Position numbers and translations under genes: made by a program. The notes below the pieces were generated by a model. It searched no databases, had not been told where the DNA came from, and was given only the letters and a program-made list of their open reading frames with translations. A DNA stretch of 64,000 nt, from positions 63,240,001-63,304,000 of the forward strand of contig NC_043006.1 in assembly GCF_006345805.1 (NCBI RefSeq). The letters run 5' to 3'. Below, one piece after another: positions 50,381-63,210 of the stretch (its first letter is position 1; each line of letters starts with the position of its first letter). Source of the stretch: Octopus sinensis. Its lineage: Eukaryota.

Positions 50381-50726
50381 TGTGTCTGTGTGTGTGTGTC
50401 TGTGTGTGTGTGTCTGTGTGTGATCGGAGTTCGGAGCTGCTGCAGTTTCTCTCCATTGCTACACCGAATTTATGACAAATACACATTCTTTCAGTTGTAT
50501 ACAGGTACAGGTTTAACTGAAGAAATCATCTAAGCTGGAAGTTCGGAACACTGATGGAGTAATTTTACAGCTTTGAACGAATAAATGCACTTATACGTAT
50601 CTACTAATTAATATATTCCTGCATGTAAACCCAAACGCTTATTGATAGACAGACAGATAAATAGCTTAGACATTTAGCAACTGTTTATATTGATATATTC
50701 AGATTATATGAAATATATTCTTTCAG

Positions 50727-50795
50727 GTAAACACACTAGTGGATTGCAAGCGTTCCAATGTTCGTCTGATTGGTGGGACCATTCGGCTGCCATAG
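50727..50795 (+). CDS. GPR158-like: GPCR exon E: ECL2 to start of TM5
   Basis: ttctttcag|GT AAA...ATA G|gtagga, 69 nt, phase 1-1. Encodes GKHTSGLQAFQCSSDWWDHSAAI (C..DWWDHS hallmark); phase matches exon D across a 25,173-nt intron. Confidence 0.92.
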   Translation, partial: VNTLVDCKRSNVRLIGGTIRLP

Positions 50796-52267
50796 GTAGG
50801 AAATCTGTTTGTAATTACTGTTTATTTTTATTTTGTGAAAACACCTCTTGGTACGTTATTTTGGATATTAATTGAACATCTCTGATGACTTATTAAAAAA
50901 AATACTTTTTATGTATGACATTGCTACTTTCACTGCATGACTATTGTAAATATTTGTGAGTATTGAGGCTCACTATTATATCAAACATTTCTAGCTATAG
51001 ATGCATGCATGTGTTTGGTGCTTTGTATATTTTTATCTTTTTGATTTCAGTTATTTGAATTTTTTTCTATAAAGATTGCAACGAAGAAACAAGGAAACAG
51101 GAAGGAAATTATATAATAACGATGGTCATATGCCAAAACTTAGAAAAAGTGTTGCATACTTTTACTATTCTGCTATATATTGTATTGGCAACAGGCTTGC
51201 CAATTAGTCACTGGTTTTTATTGACAACCCAAGATTATCGTGGAAGTAACACAGGTATTACTAACATAGCCTAGGTTACAAATGATAATTTGTGTATATA
51301 TGTGTATGTATGTAGGCGTATGCTTGTATGTATGTAGCCACCTATGCTTTTAAATTGGATGTATACGCACACATGCATATATGTACACATAATTGTTATT
51401 TGTCTTTTATAGAATATGTTGCATGAACTCTTTAAACATATGCTGGCATCTGTAAAAGATACATTAATAACACATACACGCATGCATTCCAGTAAATACT
51501 AGTATGTACTTCAGACACTCAAAGAGGGCGCAGTTACACTCTTTACATTCACCGAACGCACATATACAAGAATCTAATGAATATAACAACCAATCAAAAC
51601 GTACGCTAGCAATTTAAGCACACCTTCATTTGTTGTCACCATTTTTGGCCCAAGAAGCATTATATTCTGATGAAACAACGGACCTCATCATTAGTTATTA
51701 TATTATAGAAAATCTCTTAGTTATGTACCAGTTGCGTACTGGTGTTGATCTAATCGACTGACCCCTCCCCGCCCAAAATTTCAGGCCTTGTGCCTAGAGT
51801 AGAAAAGAACCTATTAGTTATGTAAAACGGAATAAAGAACAAATAAGCAATAATATACAGCACACTAATGATTAGCACTGAAATTATTTTACCTTAAGAT
51901 TGCTCTAAATCTCATTGGAATAGTAGATCGACTATTTCCAAGAAGAATTATTTCACGTTCTTTTGGACATTTACAAATTCTTGTGTGTGTGTGTGTGTGT
52001 TGTGTGTATGTGTATGTGTGTGTGTGTATGTGTGTGTGTTTGTGTGCGTGTGTGTGTGTGCGCATGTGTGTGTGTGTGTTTGTGTGTGTTTATCTCTGTA
52101 TGTGCGCGTGTGTGTGTGTGTGTGTAAAGTTGGGCCTTTAATAGCCAAGAGTCAATTTCATTTCAATCATAGAAAGGAATTCAAATACCTATCAGCCAAT
52201 CCTTCTTTCTCTCTCTCTCTATCTCTCTCTCTCTCTTTCTCTCTCACTCCCTCTCTCCCTTGCTCGA

Positions 52268-53016
52268 CTAGATGAGATACAGTTCGTTTTTGTTTCAGGG
52301 AGAAGTACCACAGATGCCATCTTCCTAGTGAGAAAAGTATTTAGCCAAAAGTAAACCATTGTACTTAGCCTTCGTCGACCTGGAGAAAGCTTTCGACAGG
52401 ATTTCCTGCTCCCTTATCTGGTGATCTCTAAAGAAATTAAGAGTAGAGGAGTGGCTTGTTAGAGCCGTACAAGCCATGAACAGCGATTATGTCAGTTAGG
52501 TTAGAGTCAGTGATGAATTTAGTGTACATGTTGGAGTTCACTAGGGATCAGGTCTATGTCCACTCTTAGTCATCATAGTTTTCTAGGCAATTAAAGAGAA
52601 ATTCAAAATTGGATGTTCGTGGGAACTGCTATATGCTGATGATCTCGCTCTTACTGCAGAATCTGAAGCAGAATTGGAGAAGTTCCAGGTTTAGAAGCAA
52701 AGCCTGAAATTAAAAGGCATTAAAGCTGTCTTAGCAAAGACTAAAGTTGTTAGCAAGAAAGCAAGTATAACTCTCTTTCGCTCAGGTAAATGGCTCTGCT
52801 CAATATTTAGGGAAGGAGTGGGACGTTATTCCATTTGTTGCACTAAGTGTAAGCTATGGATGCATAAGATATGCAATGGAATCGAGGGTAGGTTAACGGA
52901 TAAGATCGCTTTCGTGTGTGGCAGATGCGCAGGAACAGTAAGCACTAAAAGCACGAGAGACTTAAACTCTCTCAAAAGCCCAGGAGGATCTCTTGAGATA
53001 ATAGATAGTTTCTTTT
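52268..53016 (+). mobile_element. RTE-clade LINE RT fragment with PHD-type finger insertion, decayed
   Basis: QF.FVSGRSTTDAIF; LYLAFVDLEKAFDR; LLYADDLAL; KTKV; then CSIF..CTKC..WMHKIC..CGRC; LEIIDSF. Confidence 0.9.
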
Positions 53017-53039
53017 AATATTCTCTCTTCGCTCCTTTG

Positions 53040-53700
53040 CGCCACATGGGCTCAACTCTCCTCCCGTCTTCATCTAACCTCCTCCCCTCTCCTCTTTCCC
53101 CTCACACCTACTTCCTCCCACCACCTCGCCTCTCTTGCTCCGACTCCTACTTCTCTTAACTCCTACTCTCATCTCTTCTCTTCACACCCTACCCACCTTC
53201 TCCCTTCCCCATTCATCGTCACCTCTCCCTCGTAACCTCACCCCACCCCTACACAGTCCAACCCCACCTTCCTTATCCATCCCATCCCACCCATCCCTTA
53301 CACCCACTCCCACATACCCCACCTGTACCTCCACCTTCAGCCTTCTCACATACCCCACCTCTAGCCCCACCCTTAGCCTAAGCCACACCCCACCCTTGCT
53401 TTCCCCACTCTTGCCTCCCCACCCCCAACACAATCACACCACATCACTACACCATACACCACCATACCACACAACACTACTTCACATCACATTATACCAC
53501 CACATCACATTACACCACCACGCACACACTAGCACTGACCACTTCCCAGACCACTACACATACACACACGCGCATGTCAAGGTCACCAGCCCACTTCCAC
53601 ACGCACATACATACTCTCACATACACACGCAAGCGCAACTTCGTTTTAGGATCACCACTACTTTATTATCTCCCCTTCTTCCTAGCACTCCTGTGTGACC
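53040..53700. repeat. C/A-rich low-complexity tract
   Basis: ccacatacccc/accac-type cryptic repeats; the ORFs here are compositional artefacts. Confidence 0.8.
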
Positions 53701-53779
53701 CTTCTGTCCGGCATTCGCCATGACAGATCGCTAGCCACAACACATTCTTTATTTTCTCTCTTTGTCTCTTTCTGTGTTC

Positions 53780-53815
53780 CTTTCTGTGGAAGAGCGTAGG
53801 CTCGAAACGTTAAAG
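53780..53815 (+). ncRNA. Minimal type I hammerhead-like motif (variant core)
   Basis: cttt CTGTGGA a GAGC gtag GCTC GAAAC GTT aaag: 4-bp stem I, 4-bp stem II, palindromic ACGT stem III. Confidence 0.5.
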
Positions 53816-53994
53816 ATTTTTCACTTCTCGAGCGTTAAATTAATACATCTAGCTGTTATCTACACCACCTGTCTTCGTCTTTTGTTTTTTGGCGTGTGTG
53901 TGTGTGTGTATGTGCTCATATATAAAGATATATACACACATACTAGGCGCACACACATATATGCATGCATACCACAGACGCACAGACAGACAGG

Positions 53995-54023
53995 CAGACA
54001 CACAGACAGACAGACAGACAGAC

Positions 54024-54110
<87 letters not shown>
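53995..54110. repeat. (GACA)n/(GATA)n microsatellite
   Basis: Direct reading. Confidence 0.95.
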
Positions 54111-54394
54111 TTAAATCTCACACCGAATCTCAGGTCTCCGATCATGGAAAGAAATTTGAGGAACGAAACAGAAATCTATTAATAAGAATATTAATGTCAT
54201 GAAAGCAATTAGAAACCATATGATTGATTATACGTACAAAATTAATATCGAAGAAACTATTTTGCTATTTCCTACTTTCTCCCTCTCTCTTTCTCTCTCT
54301 CCCTCTCTCTTTCCCCCTTTCACTTGCTCTTCCATCTGGCTGGGTAGCTATGCATCTCCTCTACAGCAACACACTTATTTCTGCCTTCATTCTT

Positions 54395-54450
<56 letters not shown>

Positions 54451-56480
54451 TTCCTCTTTCATTGGATAGATGTGCAAAGGTAACCCATTTACCAATGCCT
54501 TATCATCAATAGTAACTCGGCTATTAATATATAATTCTGCCACCTAAAAAAAAAAATGGGCAGAATTTGTTTGATGTTTCTAAAGCGTTTTTGGTTGGAA
54601 ACTACATGTTTTAGACACTTTGTCTAAACGGTTGCTGATGTTTGGCGGATGGTTTTATTGTGATGACAAATTATTTCTATTGTGAAAAATGAATACAGAT
54701 TGCATTGACAGATTTTGGAAGACAGATTATTTCATTTTCCGGTGAATTAGATTTAAAAATTACAATTGAGAGAATTCTAGCAAATGTTAATTTTCTAAAT
54801 GTAAACTGTGGATTTATACGCTTAAAATATGTCTATTGCTATAACTGTAATGAAAAGTTATTTTATATTAATAATCACTCAGTGAATATTCTCTAATTTA
54901 GAACCCACTGTTAATTGACGTATATTATCCTAAGCTTCAGGTGTTGTTGCTTTTATAAAGACTACGGAATTTTATAATGAACCACATAATTGTAGTGAAT
55001 TTTTTACATGGAATACGTAACCAGGAATTTAGCTACCAGATGTAGAAATTTAAACAGGAAAGATCTTTGGTTTAATCATGCTTTTAACTTGAATGTTCGT
55101 ACAATATAACAAATGAATTTCTTAAGTCGGCTTTAATTCATAGATATAAAATCTTTCGTAGAAATTCTGTTGAAGTTTACAACTCTTGTTGCAAAACTTT
55201 CACAAGTTTTATCAATTCCACTAATTCAAAACATCAGTCAAACATTGGTAACATTATCTTGTAACTTAATGGAAATCAGCTTGCGAGTTTATACTGTGGC
55301 AAGGTAGAAATGAATGCTGATTTCAGACCAGCATACTAACATTGGGTCGGTGACAAATGTATTTCAAGACCAATATTGTTCACACACATATTTACGAGTC
55401 AAATGTCCTACGATTTTTTTTTGTTTGTTTAGTTTGATATTGTATATCTTTATCCCTCTACCACTACTAAGCAGGTGATTTTCAACTATCCTCTTTTATA
55501 TTTGGGTATAGACAGTAACTCGTAACGATATTTTTACTGAAACATGAACTACTTGCAAATATTGTAACAAGAAATAATCTTCGTTGCCAACTTTGCTGAA
55601 GTGACAAGGTTAGTGGGAATTCAAGATATATATGCGTCTGCATTAAGCAAAATATCAGCTGCTGATTTTTCAACAGACAGATCTACCATAGAATTTCAAC
55701 ACAAAGTTTCCAATATTCACATGCATTTTACTTCTCTCTTTTCCTTTTCGTTTTTTACTTCTGATGTGTTATGTTTTTTATCCTCTACTAGATCCCTTTC
55801 TTGTTGCATTGAGCAGGGGAAGGTAGAGTTTCAGCCTGTTTATCATATTTATTTATAGGTTTCCGAATAAAAAAACAAAACTTCTATAAAAGCATTTTGA
55901 AAGCTAGTAATAATTTTTTCCTTTTTCTATCTATTCCACTGGTCCCACTGTTGTATCAAAGTAACACCAAGCAGTATTTTTCAGACTTGAGCAATAAAAT
56001 ATGAGCTCTGTGTTCACTAAAGAAGGAATTACAGTGAAAGTTTGTTTGGTCAATCATTCATTCCGCACTTCATTATAAACAAGAATACTGTTACTTGTCT
56101 CATGGTGCTATCATGAAGAAACCATCTCATTTTTCAACTCTTAAAGTGCCTAGATGAAGGTAATGATGTGAAAACGAGCCTTTTACATGATCAATTTATT
56201 CATCTTGTTCAGTCCAACAACTTTTGATAATTGCCCTTGAGATATATTGATCGTCAGGGCGAAGCTGTGTCCGACAGAAGATTCATGTCCTTTAAATTCA
56301 AATGACAAATCAATAGGTATCAGAGATATTGGGGAAAAGAAACAACAGTATTCAGGAAATATTGCTGACACGACTTCACATTCTGCACATGAGACATATT
56401 TTAGTGTGACGTTTGTGCTATTTCATTATAAATTTTTGTAGGATCAACTTAATGGTCAGATAGAAATGTGGGTGCTATTT

Positions 56481-56555
56481 CTAGCCACCATGGTTACATC
56501 TAGCTACCATGGTTGCATCTAGCTACCATGGTTACATCTGCCTACCATGGTTGAC
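56481..56555. repeat. 19-bp minisatellite, about 4 units (ctagctaccatggttacat)
   Basis: Units start at 56481, 56500, 56519 and 56538. Confidence 0.9.
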
Positions 56556-57616
56556 TCATGTATATAGATAGACAGATAGATAGATAGATAGATGTATTGG
56601 TAAAAAGACAGAGAGACAGGCAGCTACATAGATAGATGGATATACATAGGACATGAGGCTGTGGTTTGAACGCAGTTTAGGCATTTTTATACTAGATTTA
56701 GCCTCTATATAGAGCTCTCTCTCGTTGGTTCATTCATACACATGCGCACACGTTCACATGCACGCACACACATACACACACACACATCCGATAACATAAG
56801 ATTTGAGCGATATTTGGCAACTATTTCTGTCTTGTCTTCATAATGAGTAGATATTCATTTGTTGGTTGAGACATACATAAAACAATAAAGTGTCCCTAAA
56901 AATTTTCTGGGTGCTATTTCTTACAGGTCTAGCTACTGTATAGTGACTACCCCATTGACTCCGACATAAGGTGAGGTTTGAAGGAGATACTTCTATAAGG
57001 TATAGCTACAATGTACTGATCTCTTACGTTGGATCAAACATAAATACACATAAAAGAATATAGTATGATGAAGGGCACATTTGGCTACTATTTCTAGCTG
57101 GTCAAGAAAAGCATCCATAAAAGATAGAATTAAAAAAGAAGCAAATATACAGACGCAATCAGTTCCTTCTCTCTTCGCATCTGTCTCTCTCCCTTCTCCC
57201 GCCTCATGTGTCCTTCTCATTCTATATCTCTCTCTATTCCACTATTCCAGAGAGAGAGGGGGAGAAACACAGAGAGAAAGAGAAGGAACGATTATAGAGA
57301 GACTGAAGGAAGACGAAAAATAGAATTTGACATCACACGTATTTTCAAATATTTCTTTTCCTGATACAACCGCTCTTTTCCAACTTAGTGTCTTTCTCAT
57401 TTCTACCTATACAACTTCATTTAAACTTTCTCCAACATATATTTTTGGCAAAGAGTATGATATTATTTAAGAGAGATTTAGGAGATATTTCTCAAAATAG
57501 ATATTATATAAACTACCTCCTGAGATTGGGAATAATAATGTGGAAGTCAGTTTTGTAGCATTTGAATACCAAGCCGATATACAGACAGATAATTTAATTT
57601 AGATACATCGATAGAT

Positions 57617-57748
<132 letters not shown>

Positions 57749-59094
57749 TGTATTTGTGTGTGAATAACATTTAGGAAAGCCTTTAGCTTAACACCCCTGC
57801 AGTTTACCATAGAAAGTTTTCCATTATGTACTTATTATATTTTATTTTTTGTGTTTATTCGATTTTATCGTTGTGCACGCGTCCAATCAAATGTTTTCCG
57901 TATCAAGATATCTGTATTAATGGATTCTTGTTTCCATCCTCAAATTTCGCTCGAGGATCGGACACATGAAACTTGGAGTCAAATTCAAAATTTCCAGCTG
58001 TAATAAATATATTTTGACTTACTGTTATAAGTTTTCTATTGTCTTTACGCTCAAATATATATTTACTTTTATTTTTATTCTTAATCTTACTGATATCTCC
58101 TTTGTAAATTTTATCATAATAATCTTTTTTCTATATATTTGTGGTCAGCCTAATCTACTAATCTACTAAGTTATCAAGGTCACTTAAAATAGAACCAGTT
58201 CACAAGCTTTACCTCTACCACTAAGCAGGGGGGGGAAGCTGACTAGGGGAAGGAGAAGATAAAATTTAAAAAATAATGAAATAAAATAAACAAAAAAGAA
58301 AGCCCACCCAACCGTTACTAATTACCATAATATAAAAAGAGAAAAAGTAGACGATAAAGGAATTAAAGTTTATAGAGGCAAAGACTTAAAGCATGACTTT
58401 GGGAATCATTAAAGTGGGTAGAGGCCCACTATAACACCTGAGCTATGGAAAATTAAATATAAGTTGAAACTATAAAGGAAGATAAAGTATATAGAAAAAA
58501 GATTATTGTGATAAGATTTATAAAGGAGATATCAATAAGATTAAGAATGAAAATATAAGTAAAAATAAAAATAAGAATATACAAATATGAAAATAAAAAT
58601 TCTTTTAGATCATAACCAACGATTCCGAGAAGGTAACGATAAGAAATATCAAATATTCAATATTAGATATAAAGTAAATAATTAAAAGGTACCAAACTTT
58701 TTAAAAGGAAATGTTTTCAGATATAGTAATTTTTAAAAAATTCAAACTTAGAAAGAATTATAAAGCAAACAATGGATAATAGGATATTAAGATTTGTAAA
58801 AAGATATGAGAATGTACAGTTTATAAAAAATAAGAAAAAAACGGTTTATATGCCATAACGACGGCAAGGTGAAGATGTTATGTGAAAAATACTTTTAATA
58901 GCTCTAACAATTTATACTAACAGATAATAAATAAATAATACTGATAATAGATGGATGTTGTACAAAGGGTCTAACAAAACTTGGAACGGGGTTGGAACAA
59001 TGTAATCTATATATCCGTAGGATAAATATTGTTGTTGGCATCCTTTTTGTCTCGGGAGACAATGGAGTTGCGCATAAAATAATCTAGCCCGTCT

Positions 59095-59825
59095 TTTGAA
59101 CATTTATCGAAGCCAAATTGCATTCTGTTGTCATCACTGAATTGTTTAACAATCGCTAGTAAGCCCTTGAGTTGTTGGTCATTTTTTGCAAAGAGCTTTA
59201 AATCTAAAGTCGTGATTTACAGTTTACTCGCGATTGATACACAATTCAGTGATGACATCAGGATGCAATTTGGCCTCGATAAATGTGCAAAAGCTACCTT
59301 TATCAAAGGAAAAATGACAGAAATATCTAACATTAACCTTGACCAGCAGAATATCATAAAAGAGTTAGAACGAGCGGAGAGCTACAAATGCCTAGGGGTA
59401 TTTGAAGGGGACGGAATCAAACATTCAGTGATGAGAGAAAGGATCAGGAGAGAATGTTATCGCAGGGTGAGAGCAATACTAAAGGCAGAGCTGAATGCAA
59501 GAAACAGGATCGAAGCTATCAATACTTTAGCCATACCAGTCGTGACTTACAGTTTCAATATCGTTAACTAGTCAGTTACTGAAATATGTAATCTTGACAG
59601 AAAGAATCGAAGATTGTTGACAATGCATAGAATGCACTATCCTAAGGCAGATATACAACGACTTTATCTGTCAAGAAAAGAGGGAGGCCGTGAACTTCCA
59701 CAATTGGCATTAACAATGAAGATTGCCACAAATAGCCTCAACACCTACCTGAAAAACTCTGATGACTGGATGTTAAAACTTGTTTTAAAGCATGAAAACA
59801 AGAAAGCATCAAGAATATCTGAGTG
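59095..59825 (+). mobile_element. Dong/R4 RT C-terminal fragment with an inverted 5' piece
   Basis: FSDDIRMQFGLDKCAK; YKCLG; ELNARNRIEAINTLAIPVVTYSF; HYPKADIQRLYLSRKEGGR. 59095-59205 reads DLKLFAKNDQQLKGLLAIVKQFSDD on the minus strand. Confidence 0.9.
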
Positions 59826-60804
59826 AATTCCAAATACAACGAATCCTAGATTTAGATGTACTGGAAACAAGCAAGTGTTTCCGTGTGGGGGAAGGGGGTT
59901 GTGTGTATGTACGTGTAATAGAATGTTTATAACAGAAAATTTGTATCCAGACAGCTATAAAAGATTTCTTAGACTTGTTAGATTTAACGGAATATATACA
60001 ACAGCACATTTGCAGTGGAATCATAATTCTTTGTTCTTTTATAACAGAATATCTGTAACAAAAGATCAGAAACTAACGTAATATTTACATCATCAAGAGA
60101 ATATCAGTCACCAATGTCACAAATTTGTAACATAAAAGAAAGATTTGTTACAGAAAATTGATGGCTGAATATTTATAAGTTAAACTCTGTCACAGAAGAG
60201 TTTTAATGTTTGAAGTAATGTCTAAGATATTGATTTCTAGTGTAGACACAGGGCAAGAACACAGCTTTTGGTCGGTGAAAAATTGTTGTCGATTACACAG
60301 ATCATAATGCTTGACTAGTATGATTAATTTATCGGTTCTAGAAGAATGAAAAGCAACGTCAAGCTCGGTGGGATTCGAACTCAATTTAATCATTTCAACA
60401 TGGTTATTTGTTATTGCAATCATTTAGAGTTTTTGTTGCTCATGTCGATGAAATTTATTTTCGTAACTTTCTTGTTCTATGGAACTATATTTATCGAATG
60501 GTTATATTACATGTTGAAATCAGTAAACTGACAGTGAATGTTGGTGTGTGTGTGTGTGTGTGTGTGTGCCTAGGGGAGACCCAATAGACTGAAATCACCT
60601 GAAATCGAAATTCTGATGTCCATGACATACGAATTTCACCTGCTACGATCTAAGTGTCTGCTTTAATACACTAACTGCCTAAACGAGAAAATCTTTCAAG
60701 GCTAACAATGCAGTATTCGGTGTTCTAAGAAGGCATCCACGTTAAGTTGGATATGAACATTATCTTTTGATACTAATATTGCTTCTGTTGCTAATATTCT
60801 ATAA

Positions 60805-60847
<43 letters not shown>

Positions 60848-60851
<4 letters not shown>

Positions 60852-61134
60852 CGTTACCGTGTGATATATATACATCGCTACACATCGCTGGTCACAATGC
60901 GCTTCGCATTGTTTTAGCCTTCAAATGACGCCACCCCGCCGGCTAAGCGAGCAGGCCAACAGAAGAAAGAGTGAGAGAAAGTTGTGGCGAAAGTATACAG
61001 CAAGGATCGCCACCACCACCCTGCCGGAGCCTCGTGGAGCTTTAGACGGTCTGGGAATCGCCTGGTCTGGGAATCGAAACCGCGATCCTACAACCACGAG
61101 TCCGCTGCCCTAACCACTGGGCCATTGCGCCTCC
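60848..61134 (-). mobile_element. tRNA-derived SINE family D
   Basis: Minus strand: ggaggcgcaaTGGCCCAGTGGttagggcagcggactc...GGTTTCGATTCCcagacc (A and B boxes), followed by a non-tRNA body. Confidence 0.85.
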
Positions 61135-61135
61135 A

Positions 61136-61333
<198 letters not shown>

Positions 61334-61750
61334 GACTAGATCGCATGTTGAAATCATTAAACAGCAGAGAGCACAGGCAGTCAAGATAGTAACGAACGAA
61401 CGAAATGTATTGCAATAAATTCATGTCCCTCTGCTTCCTTAATCCAAACCCTTTCAGAATTACTTAAATACGCTGTAGTTGTTTAAACACAATTTTGATA
61501 TGCTGTATCAGATCATTAATTGGTTTTAACATTGAACTCTTGCATTCTCAAACTTAACACTTTAATAACATTTCAGTACTGAGAAGGAAACAGATGGGAG
61601 TTTATCCAACAAAGAACTAAGTTTAAGAAGTTGTAATATACAGTCGTGAGAGTTTATCCCCAATTTCCAAGCACCATCTAAAACAGACCTAAGCATTCTA
61701 ACTACGTCTGTATAGAGCTACATTATCCAACATGCCCATTGTGTGTGTGT

Positions 61751-61790
<40 letters not shown>

Positions 61791-62284
61791 TGTGTGTGGT
61801 GTGTGTGTGTGTGTGTGTGTAATGGTATGGCTTGAGGATGATATCGCCATTATGCCTCACATCTTGGATAACCACGTACAGGTATATCAATTCTACCATT
61901 ATTGTCCACCACGAAATTTGGTTTTGTGCTTAAGTAATTTACCAAAATTTGGAGACAGATGAATTGATCTACTCGTAAAATAAATTCTGTAGCTGAATAG
62001 AATACATGAACCGGCAGTAAGAATTCTTGTAGTTGGAAAGATACAGCAGATCAATCATATGAGAGGTTACCGATCTGCACATATGTGAAAAGCATCCTTG
62101 CTTTTCTAAATGATAAATCGCTTTTGATTTTGCTTGGATTTTTCTGTTTTTGTGTTTTGTGTATTTTTATACTTTCTTTTTGTTGCTGGTAGCGAAAGAA
62201 ATTGTTTTCCAAGAAAGATTGCAATCACCGAAATAAACGTTTCTATCACGCTCCGATTGTATACGTCTGTATAATAAATCTAAT

Positions 62285-63210
62285 ACCTCTAACTCCTCCA
62301 AGAACAAGGACTCTTATAACCTAAAAACTCACAAAAATACACCCCCCCTAACTCTGCTCTGGCTAACTTTGAAAAGGATTTACTTCGAATGCTAAAATAT
62401 ATTAAGTTTTCTGGTAAAACCAATTCTTTCCAGAAGAAGCTCTCTTGGATTATATCTAACATAAACAGGTCTTTTCGGATAAAACTGGGAAACTCTACTC
62501 CTCCCGGTTGAAACATATGCCCTCATACTCAAGGAACTCTGCAGAAACTATAATCAAGCACATAAGAATGCTATTATGGACATTAACAACCTCCATTCTA
62601 AGCTCGTCGCGGACCTCGGGCTACTGTACAGAACTGAACTATACACACCACCCCCACTTCACCCTGAAGGGCCATAATCCCAACTTCTTCACCAAACCTT
62701 TTATTAGACTAAGCTTTCCCACAAAAATGCAAAGTCGACCGAACCGATAATACTAGTAAGGAGTAAGGTTAAACTTTGACTTTGGAATTGTACCAGTGAC
62801 ATCATCACTTGGTTCCACTCCCTTTCTGATAAATCACGCACCCAGTTCCTTCGGTTTCACATTTCGAACTACTATGCTTCCATATCTCCTATTCTTTTAA
62901 ATAAGATCCTAATCTTTGCAAGGAAGTATTTCCCGATCTGAAATCAATATCTTCATGGCGACTAGGAAAACACTTTTATACTTCAATAATAATTACTGAT
63001 CACGTAACTAGTCTGTGGATATATTTTGACATAACCATGGGCTCATCCGACTCCACCCATGTTACTAACCTGGTCCACTTCTTGCTTCTTTTCCCAGATC
63101 AACCAACACCTCCCTAACATCTCCGGAGGTCTGTACAAGAATGATGCACTCCTTACAGCCACCGGTTTATCTCGACTGTCAGTTGAACGCATCTAGAAAG
63201 CCTTCCATAG
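62285..63210 (+). mobile_element. Penelope-like (Naiad-type) RT, decayed
   Basis: NFEKDLLRMLKYIKF..FQKKL; SDKTGKLY; HFTLKGHNPNF; WNCTSDIITWF; YASISPILLNKILIFA; FDITMGSSD; GGLYKNDAL. Confidence 0.85.

Noticed and set aside
51075-51273. Stop-free frame of about 66 codons just after exon E
   Set aside because: The peptide (DCNEETRKQEGNY...) has no resemblance to the expected TM5-ICL3 sequence and the splice signals are weak.
53135-53698. 187-aa Pro/His/Thr-rich ORF
   Set aside because: It is a product of a C/A-rich low-complexity tract downstream of an RTE fragment, with no splice or domain support.
54540-56460. Complex AT-rich sequence that might hide a nested gene or old transposase
   Set aside because: I found no consistent reading frame, recognisable motif or convincing exon pair; it is left unassigned pending a homology search.
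56927-56970. 44-nt cryptic exon (tttcttacag|...ataag|gtgagg) after exon E
   Set aside because: It gives an in-frame TAG after five codons, lies in repeat-derived sequence, and has no family similarity. At most a poison exon, with no evidence for that.
62285-63210. Selenocysteine (in-frame UGA) recoding reported for some Naiad elements
   Set aside because: The copies here are too decayed to tell UGA-Sec from nonsense mutations. The conserved Cys positions I could read (KCRLIN near 23130; CDC/CPL/CL at about 37.0 kb) are normal Cys codons.
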